From assembly GCA_951406725.2 (NCBI GenBank), contig OX597819.1, positions 48,856,001 to 48,920,000 of the forward strand: a DNA stretch of 64,000 nucleotides, read 5' to 3'. Positions within the stretch are counted from its first letter, which is position 1; the number at the start of each line of letters is the position of its first letter. Below are positions 36,225 to 50,292 of the stretch, piece by piece. The notes under the pieces are model-generated. The model saw nothing but the letters and a program-made list of their open reading frames with translations. It ran no database searches and was not told where the DNA came from. Source of the stretch: Octopus vulgaris (taxonomy: Eukaryota). Made by a program: the position numbers and the translations under genes.

Positions 36225-36930
36225 ATCATCATCATCATCATCATCATCATTTAACATTTGCTTTCCATGCTGGTATGAGTTGGATGGTTTGATTGAGGAC
36301 TGGGAAGCCAGGAGACAGCACCAGGCTCGAATCTGATCTGGCAAGGTTTCTGCAACTGGAATTCCTTCCTAATGCCAACCACTCTGAAAGTGTAGTGGGT
36401 GCTCTTTACATGCCACCAGTAGTGGTGCCAGTCAAGTGGCTCTGGCATCGACCATGTTCAAATAGTGCTTTTTACATGCCACTGGCATGAGTGCCAGTCA
36501 GGCTGCCCTGGCATCGGTCAAGACAATGATTTCACTGGACTCAGCAGGTCTTCCATATATGAATAATATATATATATATCTTGTTTCAGTCATTTGACTG
36601 TGGCCATGCTGGGGTACCAATTTTAGTTGAATGAATTGACCCCAGTACTTATAATTTTTTAAAGCCTGGTATTTATTCTATTGGTCCCTTGGTCTCTTTT
36701 GCCGAACTGCTAAGTTATGGAGATGTAAACACACCAACTCCAGTTGTCAAGTGGTGATGGGGACAAGCAAACACACACATATATATGATGAGCTTCTTTC
36801 AGTGTTTCTTTCTATCAATCTCTCTCAAAGGCTTTGGCTTACCTGAGGCTTTGTAGAAGACACTTGCCCAAGGTCCATGCAGTAGAACTGAACCCTGGGA
36901 ACCAAACTTCTGACCATGCAGCTATGCCAT
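36225..36930 (-). mobile_element. RTE 3' tail (36225-36555) followed by a family A SINE (36580-36930)
   Basis: (CAT)n-led RTE tail and the reverse complement of a full family A SINE. Confidence 0.8.
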
Positions 36931-37004
36931 TTATATATATATATATAAATATTATTATTTCTAAGTCTCTCTAAAGGAGACTATGGCAGTGGTACTGGAT
37001 ATTA

Positions 37005-37491
37005 ATAGCTATCGCCAAGCTAATATGGCAGTTTATAAATATAGGATGAAAGCTGCCATTGATTAGCTCCAAGAGGCCATTGCCTCAAGCTAGCTATATG
37101 ACACATGAACCTCTGTCCATTATAGCCTTCGAACAGGGGAGGTCAGCTGCTTCCCCTTGTTGGTCAGACATCTGCAGACATGTTTCAGGGTATTTGCCCT
37201 TTATCAATGTAGAGTAGAGTAATGGGTTGGAGGAAGTCCTTCCTCATCAACGCGATATCTCTGTCAACTCTGCTGGGTTCGGCTATTTCTGCATTGATAA
37301 AGGGCAAATACCCTGAAACATGTCTGCAGATGCCTGACCAGCAAGGGGAAGCAGCTGACCTCGCCTGTTCAAAGGTTATAATGGACACAGGTTCGTGCGT
37401 TATATAGCTAGCTAGAGTGATGGCCTCTTGGAGCTAATCAACGGCAGCTTTCAACCTATGTTTGTGGACTTCCATATTAGCTTGGTGATAA

Positions 37492-37495
<4 letters not shown>
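37005..37495. repeat. Inverted repeat (~208-bp arms), Penelope-like palindrome
   Basis: 37005-37213 is the reverse complement of 37288-37495, with a 74-bp spacer. Confidence 0.88.
37288..37330 (+). ncRNA. Minimal hammerhead ribozyme-like motif with variant core TTGATAA (mirror copy 37171-37213, minus strand)
   Basis: Stem I TCTGCA/TGCAGA, TTGATAA, stem II AGGG-caaata-CCCT, GAAA, stem III CATG, GTC triplet. Confidence 0.65.
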
Positions 37496-37550
<55 letters not shown>

Positions 37551-37589
37551 GCAAGATTTTTTATGTGAAGTCGTGTGTTGAAACAGATA

Positions 37590-37831
37590 TTGTTATATTT
37601 CGGAATGGTCATTTTGCCAGTTTAGCCAATAAAAACACATGCACTATATATTTGGTGTTATTTTGCTTCAGTGTTATTTATAAGATTAAGATTAATGTAA
37701 AAAATAGAACTCTGGCCGAAATAAGATTAAGATTAATGTAAAAAATAAATAACACTGAAGCAAAATAACACCAAATATATAGTGCGTATGTTTTTATTGG
37801 CTAAACTGGCAAAATGACCATTCCAAAATAT

Positions 37832-37837
<6 letters not shown>
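37590..37837. repeat. Inverted repeat (~90-bp arms) with a direct repeat in the spacer
   Basis: 37590-37680 is the reverse complement of ~37746-37837; ATAAGATTAAGATTAATGTAAAAAATA occurs twice. Confidence 0.8.
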
Positions 37838-37862
<25 letters not shown>

Positions 37863-40800
37863 TAATAAATAAAACATATGCATATATATATACATATATG
37901 TACGTACCAACCTCTACATGTATATATACACGCATATATGAGTACAGGACACCAAAAAAAATGTCGAACACAATGAGAAACGAAAACATAGACACAAACC
38001 CAGGGAACTGGAGAGAAGAAAGGGGAATGGTTGTGAGGAAACCATGAAGAATGAGAGAGGGGGAGAGAGAGAGAGTGAAGAATGAGAGAGAGGGAGAGAC
38101 AAGTTAAGTAGAGGAAAGGAAATCAAAGAATGAAGGCTGAGAAAGGGATGGGACAGAAAGGTTAAGAGTGCACATCAAAGTTAATATCAAGAACAAACTT
38201 AATATCAAGAACAATCTTACTTAAAAGGGATGCGTGCGTTTCGTCATATAATATATTAATAAATAAAACATATGCATATATATAATATACATATATGTAC
38301 GTACCAACCTCTACATGTATATATACACGCATATATGAGTACAGGACACCAAAAATAACGTGGAACACAATGAGAAACGAAAACATAGACACAAACCCAG
38401 GGAACTGGACATTTTTTTAATAACAAAAAAAATATAGAGTACAGGACAATTAACACAAAGAAAAAAACCCTTCTTCAGTGGCCATGGTTTCATCTAGTCT
38501 ACGTTTCGAAGGTGAAGGCGAAACGTATCTTCGATAAGAAACTTTCCTTCCTGCAAAAAGCAAATCAATTAAAATTTGAGATCTTTTCGCAGAGGGATAA
38601 AAATGGTAACAAAAACAGGACAGTAACGACAGTACAAAATATAAGCAGTAAAAGACAGGACAAGGAAAAACAAGATAAGAAGGGCTGTTAACGCCGAACG
38701 AAAAAAAAAAAAAAAAATATATATATATATGTATAAATGTGTGTATGAGGGGCTTCTACACTGTTTCGTTATTCAAATTTCACTCACAAAGAATTGAATT
38801 AGAAACAATAGCTGAAGGTACATGCCAAATGTGCTGTACAGTGGAATTGAAGTAATACTCATGTGTTTATCACGTGACCTTCTTAACTACATACCGATGC
38901 CTTTGCCCATTGATTTTGATTTTGTTTTGTTTTGTTGTTTTACCTCTCAACACTTGCATTAACCTTTGCACTGCAGCTAATTTGCTAATCTCCCATCTTG
39001 AAGCTTGCACCAACAGATATATCTAAGCTTTCTTGATAATATTCATTCAGTTATGTGATCAACATGTTTGTCTGAAATCTGACAGCACTCGAATGGGTAA
39101 AGTTAGTGCATTCAGTATTGCTTGTTGCTGTGAATTGTGCACACTTAGTAATGGGGGAAACATGTATGCAGGAAGAAAATTCCAAAAGTTTGGAAGGAAA
39201 TGTTTTTTTTTTTGTTTTTAGTTACTTTTTTCATTTACAAAATTATTCTCAGTGCCTATTTGAACTTATTAACTTCCCTAGTCATATATCATCTTGATTA
39301 TGCACTATTTTATTACTGACTGCTCCTAAATTTGTCTTTGTTCTTTATTCTTTATTTGTCTGTTCTTTTGATATTATTCCAAAGTATTCTTGGTCTTGTG
39401 TGGAAGGACATGATGCCTAAAACCAAAATCCTCCTGACTGGACATTCAGTTTGTTTTGGCACTGGAAGCAAACACACACACGCATCTGCAGAAATATACA
39501 CACATAGTGAGAGAGAGGGAGGGAGAGAGAGAGACATTACATATATATAAGAACGTAAGTAGATGGTCACATACACAAACAGAGAGAGAGAGAGAAAACA
39601 AAACATTAAAATGATAGTAGCATTAAAAAATGTCTGAAATCTAGGATCTTCATCATTGATACCTGCATTCTTTGTTGTCTTCTCCACTAGGTTGGCCATG
39701 TGATTCAGTTGTCCCAAAAATGGCCATCTTCAGTGGGATCACCTCATGGATGACTGTAACTTTGTTTTTGTGATCATCTCAAGTGGTGTTTCATTTTATG
39801 TGATGTCCTTCCCAATTGGTCAGAGCACCTGGCTGTTAATCAGAAAGCATAACGGTCCATGGGTGGTGCTGGAGGAGTGCGCTTTGAAACCAAATGCAGG
39901 AGACTGCATGAAGAGAGGAAGAGATGTCATCACCAACCCCCTGCGGTTGTTTGGGGTCACTTACTTTCAGTGCTCTCAGTGCCACAGGATCCACCTATTC
40001 CATATTGGTCTTGTCTGCCATGTTTGCTTTCATGAGAAACAATGTGCTAGAGGCAGAATAGGATGAATGTCTTGGGTTGATGCTATCATCACCTTTTAAT
40101 GGGTTGTCATAAGCAAAGAGCAGTGAAGACGTAGGTATTTCTAAATTTTGATTGACACAATAATAACAATCCGGATCCTCACTGGGTTAGAATGAGATGA
40201 CCGAGTATAGTTGTTTGGATGCTGACGATTTTGGCATGGCTGACTGGACATTCAGTCTGTTTTGGCAGAAATATACACACATAGTGAGAGGGAGGGAGAG
40301 AGAGAGAGAGAGAGACATGTATATAAGAACGTAAGTAGATGGTCACATACACAAACAGCGAGAGAGAGAGAGAGAGAGAGAAAACAAAACATTAAAATGA
40401 TAGTAACAGTAAAAAATGTCTGAAATCTAATAAGTCAGCATCAAATCAGTAATACTAAATAGGTGGTGTCAAAAGAGCTTTCCTAAAACATCTCATACTT
40501 CACTTAGTCCATGGCTTAATCTCTCAATGGCTACTACACTTGGAGGTCCTGTTTAGCCTTCAGCATCAATTGGATGCAGAAAGTTATCAATGAGCAAAAA
40601 TCATATGACACTCTGAATTAGTTGATCAACAAGCAAGTTGGAAGATGGCTACAGCTTGCCAGATGGTGTCTGAAAGACAGAGAGTTGTGCATCAATCAAG
40701 TCATCATTTGGGAACCATCCTGAGGGAGGACTTACAATAGGAATTCTTCCAAAACCATTATTGAGACCCTAGTAGGGAAACCAATGTTGCTGTGACTGTT

Positions 40801-41899
40801 GGTAATGTTAAGACAATGATGACAGAATGGGATATTTGACATGCACATCAGTATTCCCAACACAAGTGCTAGTTGTACTTAATAAATGATGACGATGGTG
40901 ATGACAAGCATTAAATACATTATAACTAAAACAATGCATGGATACATGGTTTGACATAATGTATCCAAACTAGATTATAAAAGAGTACATCTAGTTTGGA
41001 TATGTTGTGACATTATAGATGATTTTGTGAATGGCAATGAGAGGAAAAAAAAAATGAAGCCCATAGTCAAAAAATGTGCATTTAAGTTAGGCTTATAACA
41101 GTTGCAGGATTTAACTTTTAGGAATTTTGTTGGGAAAAATTTGACAAGACAGTCAGTCACCGGCTGACACTCGCTGACGATACATCGAAGAGGCCAGGGA
41201 ACAGAAGAAAGAAGAAGAAAGAAGACATGCACCCAACACCAAAGCTGAAGACATCTCTGAAAGGGGGGGCCCCGCCACGTCAAAACGGTAGAGGAGTAGG
41301 GGCCGAAACCGGACGTGGTTCCTCCTGATGATGTCTTGAGCTAACTGGATCCGATAAAGGAGCTGTTGTAGTAGCAGACCACAAAACACAGTTGTAATTC
41401 CTCCTGAATGAAATGATTGACATTTTTCAATGTTCTTTACTGGTTTTAGAAAGAGGCTGATAAAAATGGATTGAGATAATATAAAGAAATTAGATCCAGC
41501 CATAAGTGTGGATCGCCTGGATTATCATCATAAAATATCTATAAAACTTGTTATGAATATAACATGACAGTTTTAATGAATATATTTTTGTAATTTCTTA
41601 CAATTATCAGATTTGTCATAGATAATTGTTTTATTTATATTTCATTTCCATATTTTGACATCTTTTTTTTTATTTCTGTTTCTTTTTTATTTTCTGAAAT
41701 TCTGCATGGTTGCTCTTATGTGACAATTTCTTACTATATTTTTGTAAATGCTAAATTGTATTATAGTTTTTGTTGTTTAGTTTTAGAGTTTATTAATTAG
41801 TATATGCTTAAATATATATTTATCTAGTTTTAGACTGATCAAACAATTAATCTTGCAATTAATTAAGTTATTTGGCTAACTAGTTTAAACGTAGAGAGG

Positions 41900-42520
41900 A
41901 TAGAGCAATGAATATGTTGTGCTAGAAAAGAAGCTGGACATCAAGCATATTGAGTACAGCAAGAATCTGAAAATAAGAGGTTTGCTAATGTTTTGCAATG
42001 AAGATCAGAAGCCTGAAATGTTCTGGATTGCAAAGTTGCGTGTCTGTGAAGCAAGAGATTGTTTGCAAAGAGTGTGTAGGCAATGGTAGTGAGGTACTCA
42101 TCTCTTATTGATCTCAAAGAGATAGAGACTTGGAAATGTCACTACAAGTAGTTTCTGAATAAAGAGAATTCCTGAAAAAGAGAGAGAGAGAGAGACCAGG
42201 GGTTGCTAAAACAAATAGAGATAACAAAAGAATTAGCTACAGAAGTTGACAGGCATATCAACAAATGTGCATTTAAGGATAGAAAGCAGAGAGATCCGAT
42301 GGACCAACAAGAATAAGTACTAAGATGCTCGAAATACTTGGCATGGTAGGGAACACATTAATCACTCTTGTAGATAATCAGGTAGTACAAGGAGGACTCA
42401 TGTCCAAGGATTGCCTTAATCATCTGCTACAATGGCAAAAAAGCAAATTGAGAGACATCAATATGATGGACAACATTATAGTACAGCAGATTAAAAAGGG
42501 AATTAACTTAGATGAAATAG
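41900..42520 (+). mobile_element. Highly decayed RTE LINE remnant
   Basis: WKCHYK and LITLVDNQVVQGGLMSKD segments resemble the RTE pre-RT region seen at 50770. Confidence 0.5.
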
Positions 42521-45500
42521 AGTCACTAGTGTAGCTGGGGTGGGTGGGGTGTTCCGCTCTGGGCAGCACTTTTAAAGGGGCACCAATTTTTGGCTCTTCT
42601 GTAAGCAATATGTGTTTTTTGTGGGGTCTGGGGGCAGCAAACTAAAGGGCCACCCAGGCAGCACATACTCTAGCTATGCTAGTGAATACAATCCATGTTT
42701 CTGCCAAGATGAGGCATCATCAATGTCTTCTTCCTCATGAGACACCGAGAAGAGAATTCTTTGCCAAAAACCAACCATTTTACCTAGCAATTGCCAACCT
42801 GAAGAAGGCCATACTGTATAGTTTGGTGGTTGCTATACAAACTAGATGAAGCTATGAAAATGCAAGCCATGAACAGAGATTTTGTCAGCAAGGTGAGGGG
42901 AAACATCATCATTAATATCATCAAGTTTACGATCATTTTCCATGTTATCATTGTTTATGGAGATTGTCATAGTCTGAATAAGTTCTTATTTGGAGCTACA
43001 GTTCTTCTGGAGAAGCTCTTGTTCCCTTCACAACTAAGAAGTTCTCTATGTTGTCTCCATTCATTCAAGACAAACATGGCCCTGAGCATATATGTGTGTA
43101 TGTATTAATATAGTCACACAGAATATATATGTGTGTATCCATGTATATGTGTATATATACAACATTTATGTATGTCTGAAACCATTTAGTTTCTAGGGTT
43201 GTGTTTTTCCTTTGCATTGTATTGTTATATTGTGTTATATCAATACACCTTAGCATGCTCAGCTCCCTTTATTCTTGTGCAAAATATATAATACAATAGG
43301 CAGCTATTCTCCCTCATATTGATTTTTCTGTATTTTCATCAACAACAAATATCCTTACCAGCCTATATTGGTCAGTATCTTCTTTCTAACTGACTGTAGA
43401 ATTCATACTCACTAAAATAAATCTATAACGATAAATATTAATAGAATTGTTTTTATTTATTTTTTTGTTTGGATGTTATTTTTGTTGTGAAGTATTGAAA
43501 AGACTTGTAATAATCTCAAGGATATTTTTTATATCTTTTTTTTTTTTACTTCCTAATGTTTTTTAATACAAAGACATCAGAGATATAATGAAAATGATGA
43601 TTAAGATGAAGGAATTGAAAGTGAGTAAACAAGATAATTTAGAGAAAGAGAAAGTGTATGGAAGTAATGAACAGAAGAAGAGGAAATCCAATAACGTTAA
43701 ATATTGTATAGAGACTATTGCGTTTGTTTGCCTGCATTTGTGTTCATCTATGTCTGTGTGTGTTGTTTCTTTATCTGCCTGTTTTCTAACTCTAGAGTTA
43801 TATGTTATGTCTGTTTGACTCTCCTTTTTTTTTTTTGTTTTCAGTGGGTTTATGGTTCTGTCTGCCTGGTGTGTGTGTGTCCTACAAATTTGATTTATGA
43901 CTCATTCCTTTAGATCATTATTCAGTTACAAAGGAAAAATGTAGAAGGACTTTACAACAAAGAAAATCTTTTTGTGAAACTCAAATTATTTCAGTTTTTA
44001 TTATCTTAGTTAATTAGCATCGAAATGTTTCAGGAGACATACGTACCAGATGAGAGCACTTACAGAATTTTAATCATATTCTTTCCCAGCAAGTATTTTC
44101 TCTGGAGCTTCCACAAGTCCTTGGATGGGTCTGGCAGCATTTCATCACTCGTCCACAATTCTCCATCATCTGGTACATGCAGCAACAGAGGAAATCCTAG
44201 CTAAAGTTTTTTTGTATGATTTATATAAATGGATGACCTTCCTTTCACCAATTGGTTATAGAGCAGACTGAGTGCATTTTATTGTGCCATTGGCTTTTGT
44301 TCAGCACTCTATGTAATTAAAAATACTCTTGTCTGTCCATTTCACACTGTACTTTTGGCCCACATTTTTTAGAGTGTGTATTTTTGTTTGTTGCTGTAGG
44401 TTATGGAATTCTTAGATTCTACAGTGCTGTACTAGCTTCTTGATGGATCACTCAAGAAACCCTGTACTAGTCCCAGTACTATTTGAAATGAAAAGTATAT
44501 TAGAACAAATCAGGGAATATCATATTTTTGTTTTAAATAAAGGAATCTAAATTTTAGAGTTCTTTCCCTTGCCATTCTTGACAAGAATATTCATTGATAG
44601 TCGTGAGTCAGTCTTCATGACAGATGAAAATTCCTCTTCCTCACCACCACAACCATTGACTGCTGTCATCATCATCACTACCACCACCACAACCGTGACT
44701 GCTGCCATCATCATCATCACCACTCATTATTATCATCTTTTTTTACAACCATTTCTTCATATTGGCATGGATTGACCAGATCATCATGGACCAGATCAGT
44801 TCTTATTTGGAGTTACTGCTCTCCAAGATGGGTTGGGATCACCATCTCACTTATTTGTTCTGTTTATGGCATTTTTCTATGCTTGACTACCTTTATTATT
44901 GTCACTCTTTTAGAATGTCCTAGATGCATTTTACCTGGGCACAGGACTCTACAAGACTGAAATGTTTTCTCAGCCCTATATTAACTCCATTCATTCACCT
45001 ACATTACACAATATTAAGGGGAAAAGTGTTTTATGGTGGCAGCAACACAAGAGAGGTTATCATGTCTTTGACAAGACTAAAGTGTCTTCTCTAACCTACT
45101 TTGGTTCATTAGCATTTGTGGGTTGTCTTGTGTCTGGCAGATGAAAGAGGAGAAGAGTGAAAGGATGATAAAGAGAACAGTAAAAGAAGAGAGAGACTCT
45201 GTGTGTGTGTGTGTGTGTGTGTGATTAACAACTTTGTGGAGGATTGTTGGTAAGCAGATTGAATAGGAGCAACATGAGTGACATGATATTGGGAGAAAAA
45301 GCATGAGAACAAGGAGATAGTTTTACAGAAGGAGAAATATTGGAAAGGAAAACATGGCAAGCGAGAGAGAGAGAGAAAGAGCATTGTAAGAAAGAGTTGC
45401 AAAAAGATAATTTTACTGAGGTACAATTGTTGTCAGTTGTGATGGTGGTCTTCATCATTTAATCACACCCAGTATACTCTGTAATCTGGTTGTTGAGCAG

Positions 45501-47212
45501 AGACCATATAGGACAGAAAGGACACTTCAATCTTGCTGGGCATGTGCCATGATAAAATACATCAAACATACACTGTAATATGGCTGGTGGTGAATGAATG
45601 AATGAAGATAATACAGACAGGTAAGAGAGTAGGAGTTATGGACTGAGGGGATGAAGTAATGTGAGAATGATGGTTAGCAGTAAGGAAGGGTGGTGGTAAG
45701 GGGATGGTAAATTCAGTTGGTTAAAAATTCTCTTTTGATGCATTAAATATATTAGCCCACACATAACTCTCGTTCTAATATAAAGCATTTAGCTAATATT
45801 TTACTCTCTGCTCTAACTTCATTTCTCTGCTGTAATATGTTGATGTAATTTGATCGATGGCTAAGTTGTTGTTCTGAAGGAAAATATTGATTACATTTTG
45901 TCATTAAATTAAAAAAAAAAACCAAAGCAAAAAAAAAAACACAAAAAAAAACTGAAGAACAAGATAGACGGAAAAGTGAGTAGATTGGTAAATAGATATT
46001 TCGAGTGTTTACTATATGTTGGTACAAGAGCAAATATATATGAGTGTGTGTGTGTAGTTACATATAGATACAGATATATGTATAATAATAAATTTGTACT
46101 CCACAAAAAAGTATTGAGTAATCCTACAGTTTAACGTAAAATTGTTTTATTATAACTTAACATAAAATAAACATTGATATTGATACATAGATACATACAT
46201 ATATATATATTTATATATATATACATACATACATATATACGTACGTACATACATACATATATTTGCATATATGTATGTATCCATACAGACATGCACACAC
46301 ATGTTGATATGGATGTTTTTAGTTGTATCTAAAAATCTAAGACAACTGAATAATGACTTGAATATGTTAAGTAGAATAAAACTTATTTTTTGAAGATTGA
46401 CAGTGACTTTCAAACAGTTTGATAAACCTCATTAAGAGAAACTTTGAAGTCATTCCCAATCTTCATATATATATACTAGCAGAGAGACTGCTCTCCACAT
46501 ACTTTTCTGCTAGCCCCTTGATAATATTTTCATATTTAATTCCCAATTCTAATAATTTTTATAGTTTATGTCTAATTATTTCTTTGTATAATAGTGATCA
46601 CTTGCTTTGTAAATATTGCTTTCATTATCTTATCACAGTCATAATCTCTCTCTTTTAAACAAACATCACTGTAGTCCAACAACAGAGGGAGAAGTAGTTT
46701 GTCAAGTTTTACCTTCCCCTCAAAGCAACATAGAGATTTCAGTTCAGCAGCCCATCAGTAAGCTTTGCAGTGAGTGTGTGAAAGAAAGAGTACATTGCAA
46801 ACAATGAATGAAATAAACTTGAAATGAAAAAAATTGTGTAAATAAAAGGACATTACTACAGATGTATATGCTCCCAGATTTGTTGCCTCATAACATCTAG
46901 ATAAATGGATATTTTTTTTAACAGAATTTTTTACAAATACCACTCAGATGTTGTGGCTTCAGAGTATATAGGGATTTATGGGAAAGAGTTTTTGTGAGGA
47001 GGTGGAGAGAGGAGTTTCGGAAAATTCACACGATCTGACATTTTTCTGTCATGACTCTCAGGAAGATGGGTATCTTATGATGAAAATTTATACAAATCCC
47101 TTTCAAACAGCATAGATTACGATTATAAAGAAATTTGTGGGGAAAATTTTGGGGGGATATTCTCCATTTTTTTAAAACCACAGCCTTTTCGAAATGATGG
47201 GGTATGGTGGCG

Positions 47213-47214
<2 letters not shown>

Positions 47215-47272
<58 letters not shown>

Positions 47273-47273
47273 G

Positions 47274-47308
<35 letters not shown>

Positions 47309-47313
47309 GTATA

Positions 47314-47360
<47 letters not shown>

Positions 47361-47798
47361 GTATGTATATATATGTATATATATATATGTATATATATAT
47401 ATGTATATATATGTATATATATATATGTATATATATATATGTATATATATATATGTATATATATGTATTTAACATTACACCAAAACACATTAAAACAGAA
47501 ACTGACCCTATAGGGTTCAAGAAGTCTTTGGACAGATTCCTTCAAGAAATCCCGGATAAACCCCCTACACCCGGATATGTCTCTGTAAACAATAACTCTC
47601 TACTTGAGTGGGCCATAGTGCCCAAATTCTGACTTGAAAGACTTCACCAGGTGGTGCTATTAAGTTAGACATGGCCTGGGCCAATAATGGCCGAAACCTA
47701 TCAAAGTATCAAAGTATATATATGTATATATATGTATATATGTATATATATATGTATATATATATATGTATATATATATGTATATATATATGTATATA

Positions 47799-47833
<35 letters not shown>

Positions 47834-47974
47834 ATATATGTATATGTATATGTATATGTATATATGTATGTATATATGTATGTATGTATATATGTATGTA
47901 TATATGTATGTATATATGTATATATATATGTATATGTATATATGTATGTATATATGTATGTATATATGTATGTA

Positions 47975-48007
<33 letters not shown>

Positions 48008-48130
48008 ATATGTATGTATGTATATATGTATGTATGTATGTATATATATATGTATGTATATATATATGTATGTATATATATATGTATGTATATATATATG
48101 TATGTATATATATATGTATGTATATATATA

Positions 48131-48166
<36 letters not shown>

Positions 48167-48896
48167 TATATGTATGTATATATGTATGTATATATGTATA
48201 TATGTATGTATATATGTATGTATATATGTATGTATATATGTATGTATATATGTATGTATATATGTATATATATATGTATGTATATTTGTATATATATATA
48301 TGTATGTATATTTGTATATATATATATGTATGTATATTTGTATATATATATATGTATATATATATGTGTGTATGTATATATTTGTATATATATATATGTA
48401 TATATATATGTGTGTATGTATATATGTATATATATATGTGTGTATGTATATATGTATATATATGTGTATATATGTATATATATATGTGTGTATGTATATA
48501 TGTATATATATGTGTATATATATATGTGTATATATATATATGTATATATATGTGTGTATGTATATATGTATATATGTGTATATATATATATGTATATATA
48601 TGTGTATATATATATATGTGTATGTATATATATATGTGTATATATGTGTATATATATATATGTGTATATATATATGTGTATATATGTGTGTATGTATATG
48701 TGTATATATATATGTGTGTATGTATATGTGTATATATATATGTGCATATATATATGTGTATATATATGTGTGTGTGTATATATATATGTGTGTGTGTATG
48801 TATATATATATGTGTGTGTATGTATATATGTGTGTGTGTATGTATATATATATGTGTATATATATATATATATCTATATGTATATATATGTGTGTG

Positions 48897-48927
<31 letters not shown>

Positions 48928-49034
48928 GTGTGTGTATATATATGTAAATATATATGTATATATATGTGTGTGTATATATATGTAAATATATATGTATATG
49001 TGTGTGTATATATATGTAAATATGTATATATATA

Positions 49035-49075
<41 letters not shown>

Positions 49076-49514
49076 ATATATATGTATGCCAGATCAGATT
49101 GGAACTTGGTGCAGTCATCTGGTTTGCCAGTCCTCAGTCAAATCGTCCAACCCATGCTAGCATGGAAAGCGGACGTTAAAAGATGATGATGATGATAATG
49201 TATATATATGTTTATATATATATGTATATATATATATATATGTATATATGTATATATATGCATATATATATATATATATATATGCATATATATATATATA
49301 TATGCATATATATATATATATATGCATATATATATATATATATGCATATATATGTATATGCATATATATGTATATGCATATATATGTATATGCATATATA
49401 TGTATATGCATATATATATATATGTATATGAATATATATGTATATGCATATATATATGTATATGCATATATATGTATATATATATATGTATATGCATATA
49501 TATGTATATGCATA

Positions 49515-49559
<45 letters not shown>

Positions 49560-49580
49560 GCATATATATGTATATGCATA

Positions 49581-49619
<39 letters not shown>

Positions 49620-49759
49620 GCATATATATGTATATGCATATATATGTATATGCATATATATGTATATGTATGTATATATATGTATATGCATATATATGTA
49701 TATGCATATATATGTATATGTATGTATATATATGTATATGCATATATATGTATATGCAT

Positions 49760-49791
<32 letters not shown>

Positions 49792-50292
49792 GTATACATA
49801 TGTATATAGATATATATATATATATATATCTCATCATCATCATCATCATTTAGCGTCCGCTTTCCATGCTAGCATGGGTTGGACGGTTCAACTGGGGTCT
49901 GTGAAGCTGGAAGGTTTCGTCAAGCCCAGTCAGGTCTGGCAGTGTTTCTACGGCTGGATGCCCTTCCTAACGCCAATATGTATATGTATATATATATATA
50001 TATGTATGCATATGTATATAGATATATATATATATATGTATGTATATATATATATATATATAGATATATATACGTACATGTATGTATATATATATATATA
50101 TATAGATATATATACGTACATGTATGTATATATATATGTATATATATATATAGATATATATACGTACATGTATGTATATATATATATATATATATATATA
50201 CATACACACACACGTTTGTATCTCTAGTATCTCTGCTAGTTTATCTATATATCACCATCATCATCGTTTAGCGTCCGCTTAAACGATGATGT

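Noticed and set aside
41300-41340. Hammerhead-like GAAACCGG...CTGATGA
   Set aside because: No UH cleavage site after the stem and no closing stem II.
47026-50271. ORFs up to 502 aa
   Set aside because: Microsatellite read-through; only the short CR1-type segment 47467-47632 is real coding-derived sequence.
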